This document shows, piece after piece, positions 39,021 to 52,862 of a stretch of 64,000 nt of DNA. Every line of letters begins with the position of its first letter. Position 1 is the stretch's first letter. The DNA comes from Lama glama. Its lineage: Eukaryota. Made by a program: the position numbers and the translations under genes. Where the stretch lies: contig CM052817.1 of assembly GCA_028534125.1 (NCBI GenBank), positions 35,838,001 to 35,902,000 of the forward strand, read 5' to 3'. The notes below the pieces were generated by a model. That model worked only from the letters and a program-made list of their open reading frames with translations, ran no database searches and was not told where the DNA came from.

Positions 39021-40424
39021 CATTTTTAATGTTATTTTATTTCAAATTATATCAATAAAAATTCAAAGTATGATTCATTTGCATTAGTAGGCATGCACTG
39101 GAAAATCAAAACAGCCCTTGCTCAAAGTCTTTCCACAATTTCAGTCTGATTCTTAACTCTGATGTTGGGTCCACAGAGTAGAAAGAGTCCATGGTTCCAA
39201 TTCAGGTGGTATCACTTCCTAGCAGTTGTCCTTAGCTGACACCTATCAACTCACCATCTCTGTGTCAAGACTGTTTAATCTTGCTTATATATTTGGCTTA
39301 GATTCTCTTATGCCAAACTGTCTTAAAGAGGGGTTTGAGAATCTGTAGCAGAGTTACATTTTATCATCTTGTACACATTTTATTTATGCAAAGACTTAGA
39401 AGTTAAAGAAAATTACTAACATTAAAAAAATAGTATGGACAATTCCACTTGCCATGCCTATGTATGAAATTATGTTCTGAGAGGCATATAAATTGGGAGA
39501 TGGGAGTCTACACTACTCTTGTGCCTAAGGTCTCATCTGCCTCTCACAGCAGAAGCATCTCACTAGGCTGACTGGGATTCTAATATTTAAACACACTTTT
39601 CTTTCCATATGATACAAGTTCAAGATTCATTTTTTCTAAATGCAGCTTTCATCCTATGAGCTGATATTGGAATCTGGCATGTACTTCAAGTTTAAAAATA
39701 GTGATTGATCACACGTGTTTATCCTCTCCCAATCTTTCAAATCTTCCAGAAATGACAGGAAAAAAAAATTTTTTTTAAGTATTAACTCAAAAGGACAAAA
39801 AGAATGGTAGGGGAAAGCACCAAAAACAGTATATTTCAACAAATTCTTAGAAGACAGAAAGTAGATGGAGGAGCAGTAACAAATGTAGCAGAGTAGAAGA
39901 AGTGACAACCTGAAAATCTGCAGAAGGGATTACCCAAGATGGAAAGTGAGTGCATCCACCTTGCACAAGTGGAAGCAGCTACTACTTCAGAAGGGTGTGA
40001 AGTCAGGATCTGAAAATGGAAGTCCGACTGAAAGTATCGAAAATGCTAAGCTGGCCAGAGCCCCTCTCCTACCCAAGCAAGGCAGCAGCTCCCGCTAGTT
40101 CCTCCCAGCAACTCCTATCCCTTCCTCTCCCTTCCAACATTTATTCTCCGGAGATTAGTGGAGAAGCTCCAGGCTTAAGGACACCATGCAGAGCTGGAGT
40201 GAGATGACAGACTTCAAGCATGGGTGCTGAATGAAAATGGACATGCTGAACTGTGGGAACCTCAGGACCTTTTTTTTTTTTCCTTCCATATTTTCCAGAA
40301 TTTCTTTGATAATGATAAAAATGAGTCTATGAAAAGAATTTGATCCCAATGAAAGATGCAAAGTGATTATGTAGTATAGCACTCAGATGGAAAATTACAC
40401 CAAATCATCCTTGCTAATGAAAAA

Positions 40425-40630
40425 TATCACCCTTTATTGAGGGGTTACATTGCGCCAGGCATAATGCTAAGCACTTTACCTATATTCTTGCATTTAATTC
40501 TTCTAAGCAGTTGTTATCATTCCTGTTTTTGTAGATAAGTCAACTAGAGAGATAACATGACTTGCCAAACATCAGTTAGTCAGTGACAGAGCAAAGTTTC
40601 AAGCAGACTGAGTCCAAAGAGGATACTCTT
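40425..40630 (-). mobile_element. MIR SINE
   Basis: gccaggcataatgctaagcactttac...catttaattc. Confidence 0.7.
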
Positions 40631-41403
40631 AAATTCTCACTTTACTCTCTCCTAGACCTGATCTTGAGTGTCAGTTATAGCAGTTGGGATTTTTGTCATG
40701 TTTAATACCCAAATTTTGACTTGTTTTTCCTCCCCTAAATCTGTGAACTCTAGTCCTGTAATGATCTTGTATATAAATTTTGTCTTAATAACCTTGTAAA
40801 ATTTCATAATCCCTGTAGGACTAGAATCTAGCCTTTTAACTCTGCGGCCCAGCTAGAGTCTGTCAGAGATCCCATAAATCACATAAAATGAGAGGAAACA
40901 GACAGGAAGTGGCTTTTAGGATGGGCTTCTGTGTTGGCAAGAACTGGACTCAGCTACTTTGAACTGCAAAGTGGGAGCAAAACATTTCTGCTTCAACACG
41001 AAATACAACACCCAGAGGATCAAGAAATGAAATGAGATTAAGTTGAAGCATGTCAGAAATAGCCTAGAGTACTCATTTTTCATCTTTTTACCCTAGAGGA
41101 ATTCTGGAAATAATTTTCAAGTCTCAAGGAATTCCTACATAAATATTCTTGTATCTACAAATCACAGAATGTTAATGTGATCACTAAGTTATAGATATAA
41201 TAATAATCCAATAACAATTGTCAATAATTGTCACAGAAGAAAATGATTTTTTTCTGTGAATATTGCAGATAATTTATTAGCCTAAGTATGTACCTCTCTC
41301 CCCACAAAGACCCCAACTCTAACATGAGTTGGTAGTGTAGGCAGAGAAAATTTAGCTCTCCTTTTTATGTTTATTTCCTACTTGATTTTTTAACTGTATC
41401 CAG

Positions 41404-41840
41404 TGTGTTAGTCCAAGTCCTCCAAGACACCAAGACAGGATTAAACATGCAAGGATTTTATTAGGGAAACGCCTTTGAAAGAAAGAGACTGGGAGGGCTG
41501 GGAAGACTGGGAAAGCCGCCAGACGGTGAAGCACATATGACTCCACGTGAAGCAGAGAGGAAGGGAGGTGAGGTGGGCGCATTCTATGTCCTGGTGAAAT
41601 CTGAGGAAGGGTCAGCAGTGCTGTCAGGGAGTCTTGGAACCAAAAAGAGACTGCCGACCTCCAGGTACAGGCCTGCTCCCACACTCCTGCCGCCCTCAGT
41701 CACCGGCTAGGAGCGGTTCATGGCAGGTGCAGCCTCAGCCCCAGCACAGCCTGGGGTTCAGAGCACAGCAGCAGGGCCCCCGATGGGGTATGTCCTGGCA
41801 GCTGGCGGTCTGCAGCGCTCACGCTCACAGCCACCACACA
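41404..41840 (-). mobile_element. ERVL LTR (LTR16-family-like)
   Basis: tgtgttagtccaagtcctcc...tgcaaggattttattagggaaa; locally GC-rich. Confidence 0.65.
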
Positions 41841-42039
41841 TATACAGGCCCAAAGCTTTATCCTAAATGTTACTCTATCAGTAGCTAATGAGGGAATCTC
41901 TGTGGGTTTTTTCCCCTTATTTACAACTGAAATGACTGCTTACCCAAACTTTCTTGAAAAAGAAGTTAGGTTTACCTTGAAATTAACACCTTACTTTCCT
42001 TTTCATAAATTAGCTTAAAAAAAAACCCACCCCAAACAT

Positions 42040-42540
42040 ATCCAGTGGAATACTACTCAGCCATAAAAAAGAATAAAATAAGGCCATTTGCAACAACATG
42101 GATGGACCTGGAGATCGTCATTCTAAGTGAAGTAAGCCAGAAAGAGAAAGAAAAATACCGTATGATATCACTTATGTGTGGAATCTAAAAAAAAAAAGAC
42201 ACAAATTTATTCACAAAACAGAAACAGACTCAGAGACGTAGAAGACAAACTTATGGTTACCTAGGAGGGAAAGTGGGTGGGAAGGGATAAATTGGGAGTC
42301 CAACATTTTCAGATACTAACTACTATATATAAAATAGATAAGCAACAAGTTCATACTGTACAGAGCTGGGAACTATATTCAATATCTTATAGTAACCTAT
42401 AATGAAAAAAGAATATGAAAAGAAATATACATATGTATATGTCTGACTGAAACATTATAATGTACATCAGAAACTGACACAACATTGTAAGCTAACTATA
42501 CTTCAACTAAAAAATTTTTTTAATAAAAAATAAAATAAAG
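42040..42540 (+). mobile_element. Young L1 3' end
   Basis: ggaatactactcagccataaaaaagaataaaat...ctatacttcaact followed by an A-rich tail. Confidence 0.9.
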
Positions 42541-43065
42541 TTTAAAACATAAAGCAAACATAATAAATTTCTCTTAAATAGCAAGTTATGTCAAAAAAAA
42601 TTCACTTTCTCTAAAGGTAGGCTTGGTTAATTCAATTTAAATAAAAGTTATAAATTGATTTAGTTAATGTTATTTACAACATGAAAATTAGTGACAATAC
42701 AGTCATTATAGCTACTAAACCATAAGCCAACAGAATATGAATAAAAGTATACCTTAAGATAATTTTTTATACAAAGCTTTGAAAAATCATTTTCTTCCTA
42801 ACATTATCAGTCCTATAGGCCTAAGCAGTTTTGAAATTACTATACATAGATGTTGACTTTTAAAAATCTCTTTTATATGCCTCTTTATGCATAAAAATTG
42901 CTATTTTTGAAACTCAAAAATGAATTGAAACACGCTTGTTTTTCCAATGCACACTCAATTTTGGATCAAACTTGAGATGGACACACATGGATTTCATTTG
43001 CAACTAAAATGAGCTGATTTTCATCCTTGCTCATGATGATTGTTAGCAAGTCAAAGCTTGCTCAC

Positions 43066-43637
43066 ATATGTAACGAGTAGAAAACTGCAACAAAATGTTC
43101 GCTGCTTTCCTCTGAATAGCAGGTACTCTCCGCTCCCAGAAATCCAGATCTGGTCTGGGGGCAGATCAGTAAGCCCCATCTCGACTGCACGATCACACTG
43201 CCACCCAGAAAGCTCTTGTTCTTCTCTCAAAGTCAAGTTCTCAGGCTGAGCAGAAGGTTCAGAGAAAGGATCACTCACCCTTGTGTTGAAAGAAAGAGAA
43301 AATACTGTTCCATTTTGTTCTGTGGTTCTTCGAGGTGGTTTCAGCGAAGCTTAAGTCTTGCTAATAACCTTCTTTACTCTCAAGCCCAGGCAGCAATGAG
43401 AAAATTTCAAGGTTTCCTGTTGCAGTATAATTTTCTCAAAGATTCAGATTCTTGTACATCAAAGAATCCTGTCACTCGAAGTCAAACTACTTCCTCTAGG
43501 TTCTGGTGGATACTTTTTCAACTGGTTCACGTGATGAAAAATGCCTGCTAAGTAGCTAGTTGCTGTCGCTAGTAGCCTTCTTCAAAACATCTGACAAAAT
43601 CTGGCCTACTGCTCCTTGAAATCCTCCTGTAATTCAC
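43066..43637 (-). pseudogene. Pseudo-exon E5 (572 nt, phase 0 to 2; alternative donor after 43279)
   Basis: Acceptor gttttagctaacag|G; donors AT|gtgagc or AGG|gtgagt; reads VNYRRISRSSRPDFVRCFEEGY*RQQLAT*QAFFIT*TS*KSIHQNLEEVV*LRVTGFFDVQESESLRKLYCNRKP*NFLIAAWA*E*RRLLARLKLR*NHLEEPQNKMEQYFLFLS. Confidence 0.65.
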
Positions 43638-43861
43638 CTGTTAGCTAAAACACATTGCAAACTCTTCCTCCGTGTAGCTGCAAGATTATTATATATAACA
43701 GGAGGTTTATGTGACTCTCATCCAAATGATAACACAATTTTAAAACATCCTGGAGTGAGCTGATCTTTATTTAATAAAGTTAACCATTTTGTATCATCAT
43801 TTAGAAACTTTTTCATTTCATTTATAAGGGTTTTTGACATTAGTATCTCTCTCTGATGAAA

Positions 43862-46800
43862 GCAGTATGTTGTAATAACTTTAGATCCAAGAAACTCACC
43901 AAATCCAAGCCCAAGAAACATGAACAAAATTATATCAAGGCATATTTTCATCAAACTTCCCCAAACCAGTGATAAAGAAAAGATCCTAGCAACCAGACAA
44001 AAAAGCTTGTTATGTACAGAGGAACAAAGGTACGGATGGCATTAGATTTCTCATCAGAAACAATACAAGTGAGAAGAGGGTAGAGTAAAATCTTTAAAGT
44101 AGTGAAAGAAAAAGCTGTCAACCTCAAGTACTACAGCTCCCAAAACATCTTTTAAAAATGAAGACAAAATACTTTTCAGACACATAAAAGCCAAACGATT
44201 TCATCAGGCCCACATTATAAGAAATGGTAAAGGAAGTTCTTTGGACAGAAGGAAAACGATGGAAATATGAATCCACACAAATACACAAAGAGTATTAGAA
44301 GTGGTTAGAAGTATAAGAATTTTTTCTTTTAATTTCAACTTCTTACTGTTAAACCTGTATTTCTATAAAACGAATGACAAGGTGGCATGTGGTTTAGAAC
44401 ATATGTGAAAGTAAAACGCATTACAACAACAAATGCAAAGGTAGAAAAGGGAGAAATGGAAGTAAATCGTTGAAAAGTTCTATACGTGAGGTTGTATATT
44501 ATTTGAAGATAGACTGCGATAAGTTAAAAAATATATATATATACACCCTTTTAAAGCAACAACTGAAAAAAAAGAGTAAGAGCTAATAAGCAACCAATGA
44601 GCTAAAATAGAATCAGAAAACCTCTAACCCCAAAAATGTCAGGAAAAGCAGAAAAGGTAAATAAAAAACAGGCTGCCTCCTGTTAGAGAACAAATAATAA
44701 GATTATACATTTAAACTTAACCATCTTAATAAATACATTAAATGGAAATGATCCAGATATCCCAATTAAAAAAACAGAGGTAGACTGGTTTAAAAAATAA
44801 GACCCAATTATATGCTACATAGAAGAAACCCACTCCAAATACAAAGACACACATAGGTTAAAAGCAAAAGTTTGTAAAAAGACATACGCTGCTAATGCTA
44901 ATCAAAAGAAAGTTGGAGTGGTTATATTAACATCAGAGAACATATTTGGGAGCAGAGAATAATACCAGGGATAAAAAATTCATTTCCTATGAATAATGGG
45001 ATTCATTAAAATGACATAAGAATCTAAACATTTATGTACCTAAGTACAGAACTTTAATACACATGAAGCAAAAACTGACAGAACTAAAAAGATAAATCAA
45101 CAAATCCAAAATTATTGTGGGAGGTTTCAGTATGTCTATTTCAATTATTGATAAGACAAGTAGAGAGAAAAAATAAATTTCAGTAAAGTTATAGAAAATG
45201 TGAACAATACTATCAAACAACATAACTGACATTTATAAAACACTCTACCCTACCACAGAATATACATTATTTTGTAGTACACACAGAACATTTACCAAGA
45301 TAGACCATATCCTGTGCCAGAAAGCAAGTCTCAATAAGGTTAAGCTGAGTCAATTTATACGATGTAATTTATTTTGAACAAAATAGAATTAAATCAGAAG
45401 TCAATAACAAAGATCTCTGCAAAATCACTAAATATTTGGAAACTAAGTAATACACTCCTAAATAACTCATGGATCAAGGGAAAAATCAAAAATGAAACTA
45501 GAAAGTATTTTAAATGGAATGAAAATTGAAAATATCAAAATTTCTGGGATGCCACTAAAGTGATGCCCACGCGGAAGGAAGCATGTGCAGTGCTAAATGC
45601 TTATATTAGAAAAAAAAGCTCTCAAATCAATAACCTTAGCTTCCACATTAAGAAAATAGAAAAATAAGAGCAAATTAAGCCCCAAGAAACTAGAAAAAAG
45701 AAAATAAAGATCAAAGTGGAAATCAATGAAGTAGAAAATAGAAAAACAACAGAAAAAAAAATCGGTAAGACTAAAAGCTATTTCCTTAAGAAGATCAATA
45801 AAATCTAAAATCTCTAACCAGACGGATAAGGATAAAAAGAAAGAAAGAAAACACAAATTGGCAGTATCAGGAATGGGAGGAGTGACATAGAGATTTTACA
45901 GATATTAAAAGGAAAATGAGAGAATAATATTAACAACTTTAAGCCAGTAAATTCAATACATTAGATAAAACTCCTGGCAAGACATAAATTGCAAAATGCA
46001 GTCAAAAAGAAACAGCCACATATCCATTTTTTAATTAAATTTCTAGTTAAGAACTTCCCTACAAAGAAAATCCCATGCCAAAATGGCTTCTTCAGTGAAT
46101 CCTACAAAATGTTTTTAAAGGAAGTAAAACCAACTCTACACAGACTCTTCCAGAAAACTGAAAAGTAGGGAACATTCCCCAACCCTTTCTATGAGGCCAG
46201 CATTGACCTGATATAAAAACCAGACAAAGACATTTGAAGAAAACAAAACTGTGGACTAATGTTCCTCATGAACACAGATGCAAAAATTCTAAGCAAAACC
46301 TTAACAAATCAAAGAGAACAATATAGAAAAAGGATAATACATTATGACCAAATGGGGTTGACCTCAAAAATGCTAGGTTGTTTTCATGTTTGAAATCCTT
46401 CACTATAAATCACCATATACATAAATTGGAAAACAGAAGCCATATGATAATCTCAAAAGACTCAGTAAAACCACTTGACAAAATCTAACATTCATTCCTG
46501 ATTTAAAAAAAAATTCTCAGCAATCTAGGAGAGAGAGGAAATTCCTCTAATCTGATAAAGGCTTCTTATAAAATCCTACAGCTAATATCATACCTTAATG
46601 GTAAAAGACAGATTGCTTTCCCTCTAAGCTCAGAAATAAGACCCAAATGTCCATTCTCACCATTCCTATTCAACATTGTGCTGAAGGTTTTAGACAGTGC
46701 AGTCAGGCAAGGAAAATAAATAAAAGGCATCCAGATTGGAGAGGAAGAAGTAAAACTGTCTTTATTCACAAATGACATGGTTGTCTATGTGGAAAATCCA

Positions 46801-47270
46801 ATAGAACTTACAAAAAAGCTAACAGTACTAAAAAATGGCTTTATCAAGGTTTGTAGGATACAAGATCAATATACAAAATCAATAGCCTAAAAAGTAAAAT
46901 AGTTAAGAATAAATTGACAAAAGATGTGAAAGACCAGGTCACTGAAAAGTACAAACACTGCAGAGTAAAATTAAAGAGGACCTAAATTAATGGAGAGATA
47001 TGCTATGCTCATGGGTCAGAAGACTCAATATTGCTAAGGTGTCAGTTCTCCCCAGGATGATCTATAGAGCCAATGCAATCCAAATCAAAATCTCAGTAGG
47101 CTTTTGTTTAGAAGTTGGCAGACTGATTCTAAAATATATATGAAAATACAAAGGACCTACAATAGCCAAATCAATTTTGAAAAATAAGAATAAATTTAGG
47201 GAACTAGCACTCCCTGATGCCAAGATTTATCATAAAGCTACAGTGTTGGTATCAGATTAATGAAACAGAA
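43862..47270 (+). mobile_element. Degenerate L1 (ORF1 C-terminus plus ORF2 endonuclease and RT)
   Basis: Continuous L1 homology, e.g. catccagattggagaggaagaagtaaaactgtctttattcacaaatgacatgg (LFxDD RT motif, mutated); many stops and frameshifts. Confidence 0.95.
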
Positions 47271-47289
47271 AAAAAAAATCAAGTTCTAA

Positions 47290-47820
47290 ATTCTGTACGC
47301 TCCTCTAATTGAACTGTGGATCTATATCCAGTCCCCCTGAATTTGGATGAGCATCTGACCTCCTCACCCTATAGAATGAAGGGGAATAACATTGTGCAAC
47401 TTCTGAAGGTTGGTTGGAAAAGCTCATGAAGCATCCACCTAGTTCTCCTGGGTTACTTGCTCTGGGATCTAGAGGAGGCCCATAACCATGTAAGAAGTTC
47501 GACTGCTTGAGACTGCCATGTCCTAACAGCCATATGTAGGTGATCCAGGTGAAAGTCCATCTGGGTCCACCCAGTCAATGGCCAGCATTAACTGTCAGCC
47601 AAAGGAGGAGCTATTTTGGATTCCAGCCCAAATGAGTCAGATTGTAACTACAACTCCAGCTGATTTCTGACTGTAAATACATGAAATACCCTATTTGAGA
47701 ACTGCCTAGCTGAGCCTATCCTGAATTCTTGACACAAAAGAGTACTAAGCAAAATAAAATAATCATTTTAACCCACAAAATTTTAGGTAACTTATTATGA
47801 AGCAACAGTAACATGAACAG
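47290..47820 (+). mobile_element. MaLR LTR (MLT1E/F-like)
   Basis: agctgagcctatcctgaattcttgacac...gcaacagtaacatgaaca. Confidence 0.7.
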
Positions 47821-48127
47821 GGAGCTTTCAGTGAAATAGGCATATGCCCATGAATTACCCTATGTTTAGCAACGTTCTCCTAGGGATAAACCTGCTCCTT
47901 TAGGCAATGCTTCCTCATAGTTTTTTTAGAATTTCACTCTTAACTATAAATGGCTATCCAAAGATAATAAAACAAAATGAGAAAAACAAACCAGAAAAGA
48001 AGATCCCCCAAAATCAGAGACAATGTGCAGAATAAGAAGTAACTTAATTTATAAAAAAAATCCTCAGAGAGAGAAGGATCTGCACACTTTAAAAAAAAGA
48101 ACAAATTTCTATGAAAAATAATAGGCT

Positions 48128-48610
48128 ACATTAGTTTCCTATTGCTGCTATAACAAATTATCACACACTTAGTGGCTAAAAACAACACAAATATATTATC
48201 TTATAGTTCTGGAGGTAAGAAGTCCAAAATCAGCCTGACTGGCCTAAAGTCAAGGTGTCATCAGGGCTGAATCTTCCTGGACGCTCTGTGGGTAGAATCC
48301 ATTTCTTTGCCTTTTTCACTTTATAAAGGCCATTGCTTTCTTTGGCTCATGACCCCTTCCTCGCATCACCCCACCTTCTTGCTTCTATCATACCTTCCCT
48401 AGTACTGACTCTGATCCCCCTACCTCTCCCTTTTAAGGACCCTTGTGATTATAGCATTGGGCCCATCCAGACAACCCAGAACAATTACCCCATCTCAAGA
48501 GCCTTAACTTACATCTGCAAGTCTTTACCACGTAAGGTAACATATTCACAGATGAAAGGAATTAGGATGTGGATGTCTTTAAACGTGGAGACAATATTGG
48601 AAACCACCTA
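48128..48610 (-). mobile_element. MaLR LTR (MLT1-type)
   Basis: ttagtttcctattgctgctataacaaattatcacacacttagtggctaaaaacaacacaa. Confidence 0.85.
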
Positions 48611-49381
48611 AAAAGTGTTGAATATAATTGTTGAACTGGGGCTAGGGACCCAGGGATAAGAAAGGGAGAGGATTGCTGTTATAAATCTTGTAGTACTTTT
48701 TGATTAAGGCCATATCCATGTTTTACTTTGTATAAATACATGTTAATTAATTTACATGAATAAAAATTTTAAAACATTACATGTATATATCCCACAATGT
48801 TAACTATGATTTTATTTAAGAGGCTAAGATTTTTTTCCTTAATTTTTACCTTCATTATTATCCAAGGTTTTATAATAAGCATACAATCATTTTATAATGG
48901 AAAAAATTAACCATTTAAAAAATATATGATTTTTAACTTTTCAAAATAAATTCAGCTCATGATATAAATTAACAGTCATGTTCATATCTGTCATATAAAA
49001 GGTATTTTAAAAACTGAGATAGCTACATATTACTAGAATATGTATGTTTATGTTTCTTGAGAGAAGTTTAAAAAAATAAAATCACATAATCTTTCAAGCC
49101 AAGGATATGACTGACGTTATCAGTTGTTAGCAGTAACTATTGATATAAGACAAACAAGTATTTAGAAGTTAGAGTTTTACAAGATTTGAAAGAAGAGACA
49201 TTTTCTTTATAACAAAAAGTAATTTATTTTCCCATAAATTAAAACAAATGAAAAACCCTTCCATGTATCCTTTTATCTCTTACGTTAAGTGTATATTTAA
49301 ACAGTAACATGGATTTAAAAGGCCACCGGAGGATGAAGAAATGATTTCACTTATTTGGATTCATTTGCCTCAAAAACTTAC

Positions 49382-49512
49382 TTTGTTGCGGTAGTACCAA
49401 TCCGGAGCTCAACGATTTAGAGACTTTTTAAGAAATCTATCTCAGATCAGAGTTTGCCGATTGTTATCCAGTAATGGCTTGCATACGTTTTACTCTGGGT
49501 CACAAAATGAAA
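49382..49512 (-). pseudogene. Pseudo-exon E4 (131 nt, phase 1 to 0)
   Basis: Branch point and acceptor cactaatccgtcctggctttgcag|; donor AAA|gtaagt; reads SFCDPE*NVCKPLLDNNRQTLI*DRFLKKSLNR*APDWYYRNK. Confidence 0.7.
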
Positions 49513-51459
49513 CTGCAAAGCCAGGACGGATTAGTGACTCTGTCAGAACAGATTGAATGCCTGTGTGCAGAGTACTTACAGCACCTCTCTTGACTCAAAA
49601 TGGATCAGATATTTTCCCAAGGAAGCTGGTCTCAGAAGCATATATCAACCCCGTTTTCACACAGAAGATTGCATAGTATTGACAACACTTATTTTATTAA
49701 GAGGAAAAATATTATGTGGAAAGCTTTTCGTCCTTGGGTTTCAGCAAAGCAAAAGTAGAGTATATTGTATTGGATTTCTTTTTCATTACCGTAACATCAA
49801 TATGTAATAGATGTTCACTTTATATAGAATAAGAGTTTAGTTATACAATAAAAATAAATAGTTATATAATAAAAATGGAAGAACTAAACTTGAGGTGCTC
49901 ACAGTGTAAATGTAAAGATATGCTATTTATTAGAAGTTACAGATTTGACATAATAACTTTGCATGAGTTATAATTATTATGTTAAGGATACAAATACTGA
50001 AATTGATCAACTGTAATTATGTTCAGAATTTGCTGATAAATTATAAAGGAGATCAGCAAGCTTTGCTTGTTAAGTAGGCCTTTTTTATTGAGTGATTTAT
50101 TTAAGGTATATTTATGAAAAGAAGAAATATGATAATATTAATTCTAACTAAACTGTTATGTACTCTCACTTTTTTGGAATCAGCTTTATATTTTGGCCTT
50201 GAATAGGAACAAATGAAATATAATACAAGATCTATCAAATAAGAGAATAGTAATATTTTCACATTAAAAATTGAACTCAAGTTTGTTGATTTTTTTTTAC
50301 TCCAATTAAAACTAAATATTTTTGTTAAAGACTTGGAATATTTACAGGATAATATCTGCACACAGTTGTGGCTTCAAATGGATTGACATCACTGTCATTC
50401 TGTCACTTGGAGAGGATACTGCTGAGAAACAAAATTATTGCTAAGCAAGAAAGTGAAGTAATTATCTTTAGACTCTTCAAGTCAAAGAAATAGCAGTGAA
50501 ATTGGCTTCTACTATTTATAAGAGAGGATGAAATTGAGAGTGATTCCAGGACTCCCACAAGGTCATGTAGCTAGCTGGGTTTGAGGCAGGTCCACAATAT
50601 AGGTCTCCGGGGTTCCAGGCCAGAGTTGTTTCTCTTGCAGCATTCTTTGTGAGCATCAGTGCAGGAAGACCAGGTGCTACTGGCATTTTGAACATTTCCA
50701 TTTTTATTTTGCAGGACTCACCCATTCTTTGCAAGACATTTAACACTTCTATTCCAAGCCCATTAAATGCCAGAAGCATCTGCACATTCCTTTTTTACCC
50801 CCAGCTTTACTGAGATGTAATTGACAAATAACACTGTACAAGTTTACAGTATCTGCACTTTCTTAAATGCCTTCTAGGAAGACAGTACTGCCCTGGTTAA
50901 GAAATAACACATGTATCAGAAGCTCATGTATTAGGAGGAAATGATGAAGAACAAGAGTCCCAGATGTCTCACGAAATTCTTCTGCTTTCATTCCTTAATC
51001 CCCTAAGTCTGCAGTGGCCATTCTAGAAGCTAAGTGGAAGAGCTTCCTTCTGGTCTTTATATTCCCATTGCCAGTGTGTGTTCAGAAATGAACAACAAAC
51101 ACCACTGGGAAGATGTAACTAGAAGTGAGGCCTTTTTATTCCCTTTTATTTTTACTCTACCTGTGGATTTTTATACCATTGTGGATTTGTTGAGGAACAC
51201 ACATAACTATGAAATTATAAATCATCTATTAAATATAAATACACTTAATGGTTCTGATAGACATCTTAAATGGAAGAGTTACAAAAAGTCACTTATATGT
51301 TAGATATCCAGTCTTATCCTTTAAGTTTTAATAGCCCTCAGTGAATAAGCTAAGTCCAGTAACAAAATACTCCTTTATAGTTATATAAGGGCATCATAAA
51401 GTCATAATCCCAGTCTGACAACACAAAATGTGAGAAATTAGTATATATGTGTGTGTGTA

Positions 51460-51690
51460 TTTATTTAAACAAACACATACTATTTACTCTGTGCCAGGCA
51501 TGGTTCTAAGCACTGTACATATATTTAGTCAGTTAATCCTCATAGCAATCCTGAGGTAGATTCTGTTTTATCCTCATTTTCCAGATGAGGAAGCAGAGGT
51601 GCAGAGTAAGATCACACAGCCAGCATGTGGCCGAGTGAGAATTCCAACCCAGGCAGGCAGAACCCGCAGTCATTTTCCTCACCTGCCTGT
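51460..51690 (-). mobile_element. MIR SINE
   Basis: tgtgccaggcatggttctaagcac...cattttccagatgaggaagcagagg. Confidence 0.85.
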
Positions 51691-52748
51691 CTACAACACA
51701 GGGAAAAGAACGCTGTGAAAACTAAACGTAGGATTCTGGCCAAAATAGCCACTTGCCAATCAGATGTTGTGTTGCTGCATCTGGAACAACAAGGCTTCTA
51801 GACATCTTTTTGCGTATTTGTCTTCTCGTTTATATTAATAAAAGATGGTTTCACATATGTAAATTTTAATTTTTAACAGTTAAGCTTGAACAGTGAATAG
51901 TAACAGAGTTAGAATTCTTTTTTCCTTAAATTGCAGACCTGTTCCACATTTTAGGAAAACCCTGGTCAGATGCTCCATAACCTCTTTCTGTCAACTAGTG
52001 GTTTGAGCAGCCTCCACAGGGGTGGAGCATGGTGATGGAGAAAGCCTTGAGCACAATTCTAGTCCCAAACAGAGAAACTTTCCTTTCAGACTGAGATTTT
52101 ATGTGTCTAAATAAAATTAGTTCTTCCTCCTGGAAGCCAGAATATTATCCTTGCTACCCTGGAAATGAAAAATAATTTTATATTCATTTACATATATATG
52201 GTTCCCCTTTAATTACAATCCATCAAACCAATATTACTTCTACTGTGGGTATATGGTTGGGATTCCATTGTGTGTGACATAATAAAGTATTAATCTTATA
52301 TCCCCGACTCCTAAAACAGTACCTGGAATATACAGGAGGTCTGTAGTAACTGCTGAATAAATAGTTACAGGAGAATGGCACAGGGAAGCGAGGAGAAATA
52401 TGTACTGATCAAAATACACAAGTATAATATGCTTGTATACTTTTATTATATTCATCATTTAAACTGATTTATATAAAAATAAAATTCTTGTTGGTGACGT
52501 TAGGTCTCAGATGTCTCATCTCCATGGGACAGGAGTGAACATGAAAAGATCATATAAGTCCATGACAATTGATGAATGATGAAAGCTTTTTTGTTCTCTA
52601 ACATTTTATATTAAGTAATGTTTTATTTACTTCAGTCGGTATTACTCTACCTAGACTTTATGTTAAAAAAATGCTATTTGTTTTTCTAAAATTTCAGGGT
52701 CAATATAAACTAACATGTCAAAGTGAGAACCCAGTCCTTGGTGCTTAC

Positions 52749-52862
52749 TGATTTTTCACTGACTGACAATATATTAGCCATTGTAGGTTGAAGCCAAATA
52801 TACACTAACAGTGACCCTTGTTTAGAAAGCAAGGGTCTCGCCATCCAAGAGTCAAATAATAA
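52749..52862 (-). pseudogene. Pseudo-exon E3 (114 nt, phase 1 to 1)
   Basis: Strong acceptor ccctttccccctattttcag|; donor TCA|gtaagc; reads II*LLDGETLAF*TRVTVSVYLASTYNG*YIVSQ*KI. Confidence 0.65.

Noticed and set aside
43560..43630. AKAP-like amphipathic helix FQGAVGQILSDVLKKA
   Set aside because: It lies in a different frame from the one imposed by the E4 junction; probably coincidence.
43066..52862. Argument that every stop reverts to Gln or Arg by one T-to-C change (suggesting editing or recoding)
   Set aside because: Tautological: TAA, TAG and TGA are always one transition from CAA, CAG and CGA, so this is not evidence.
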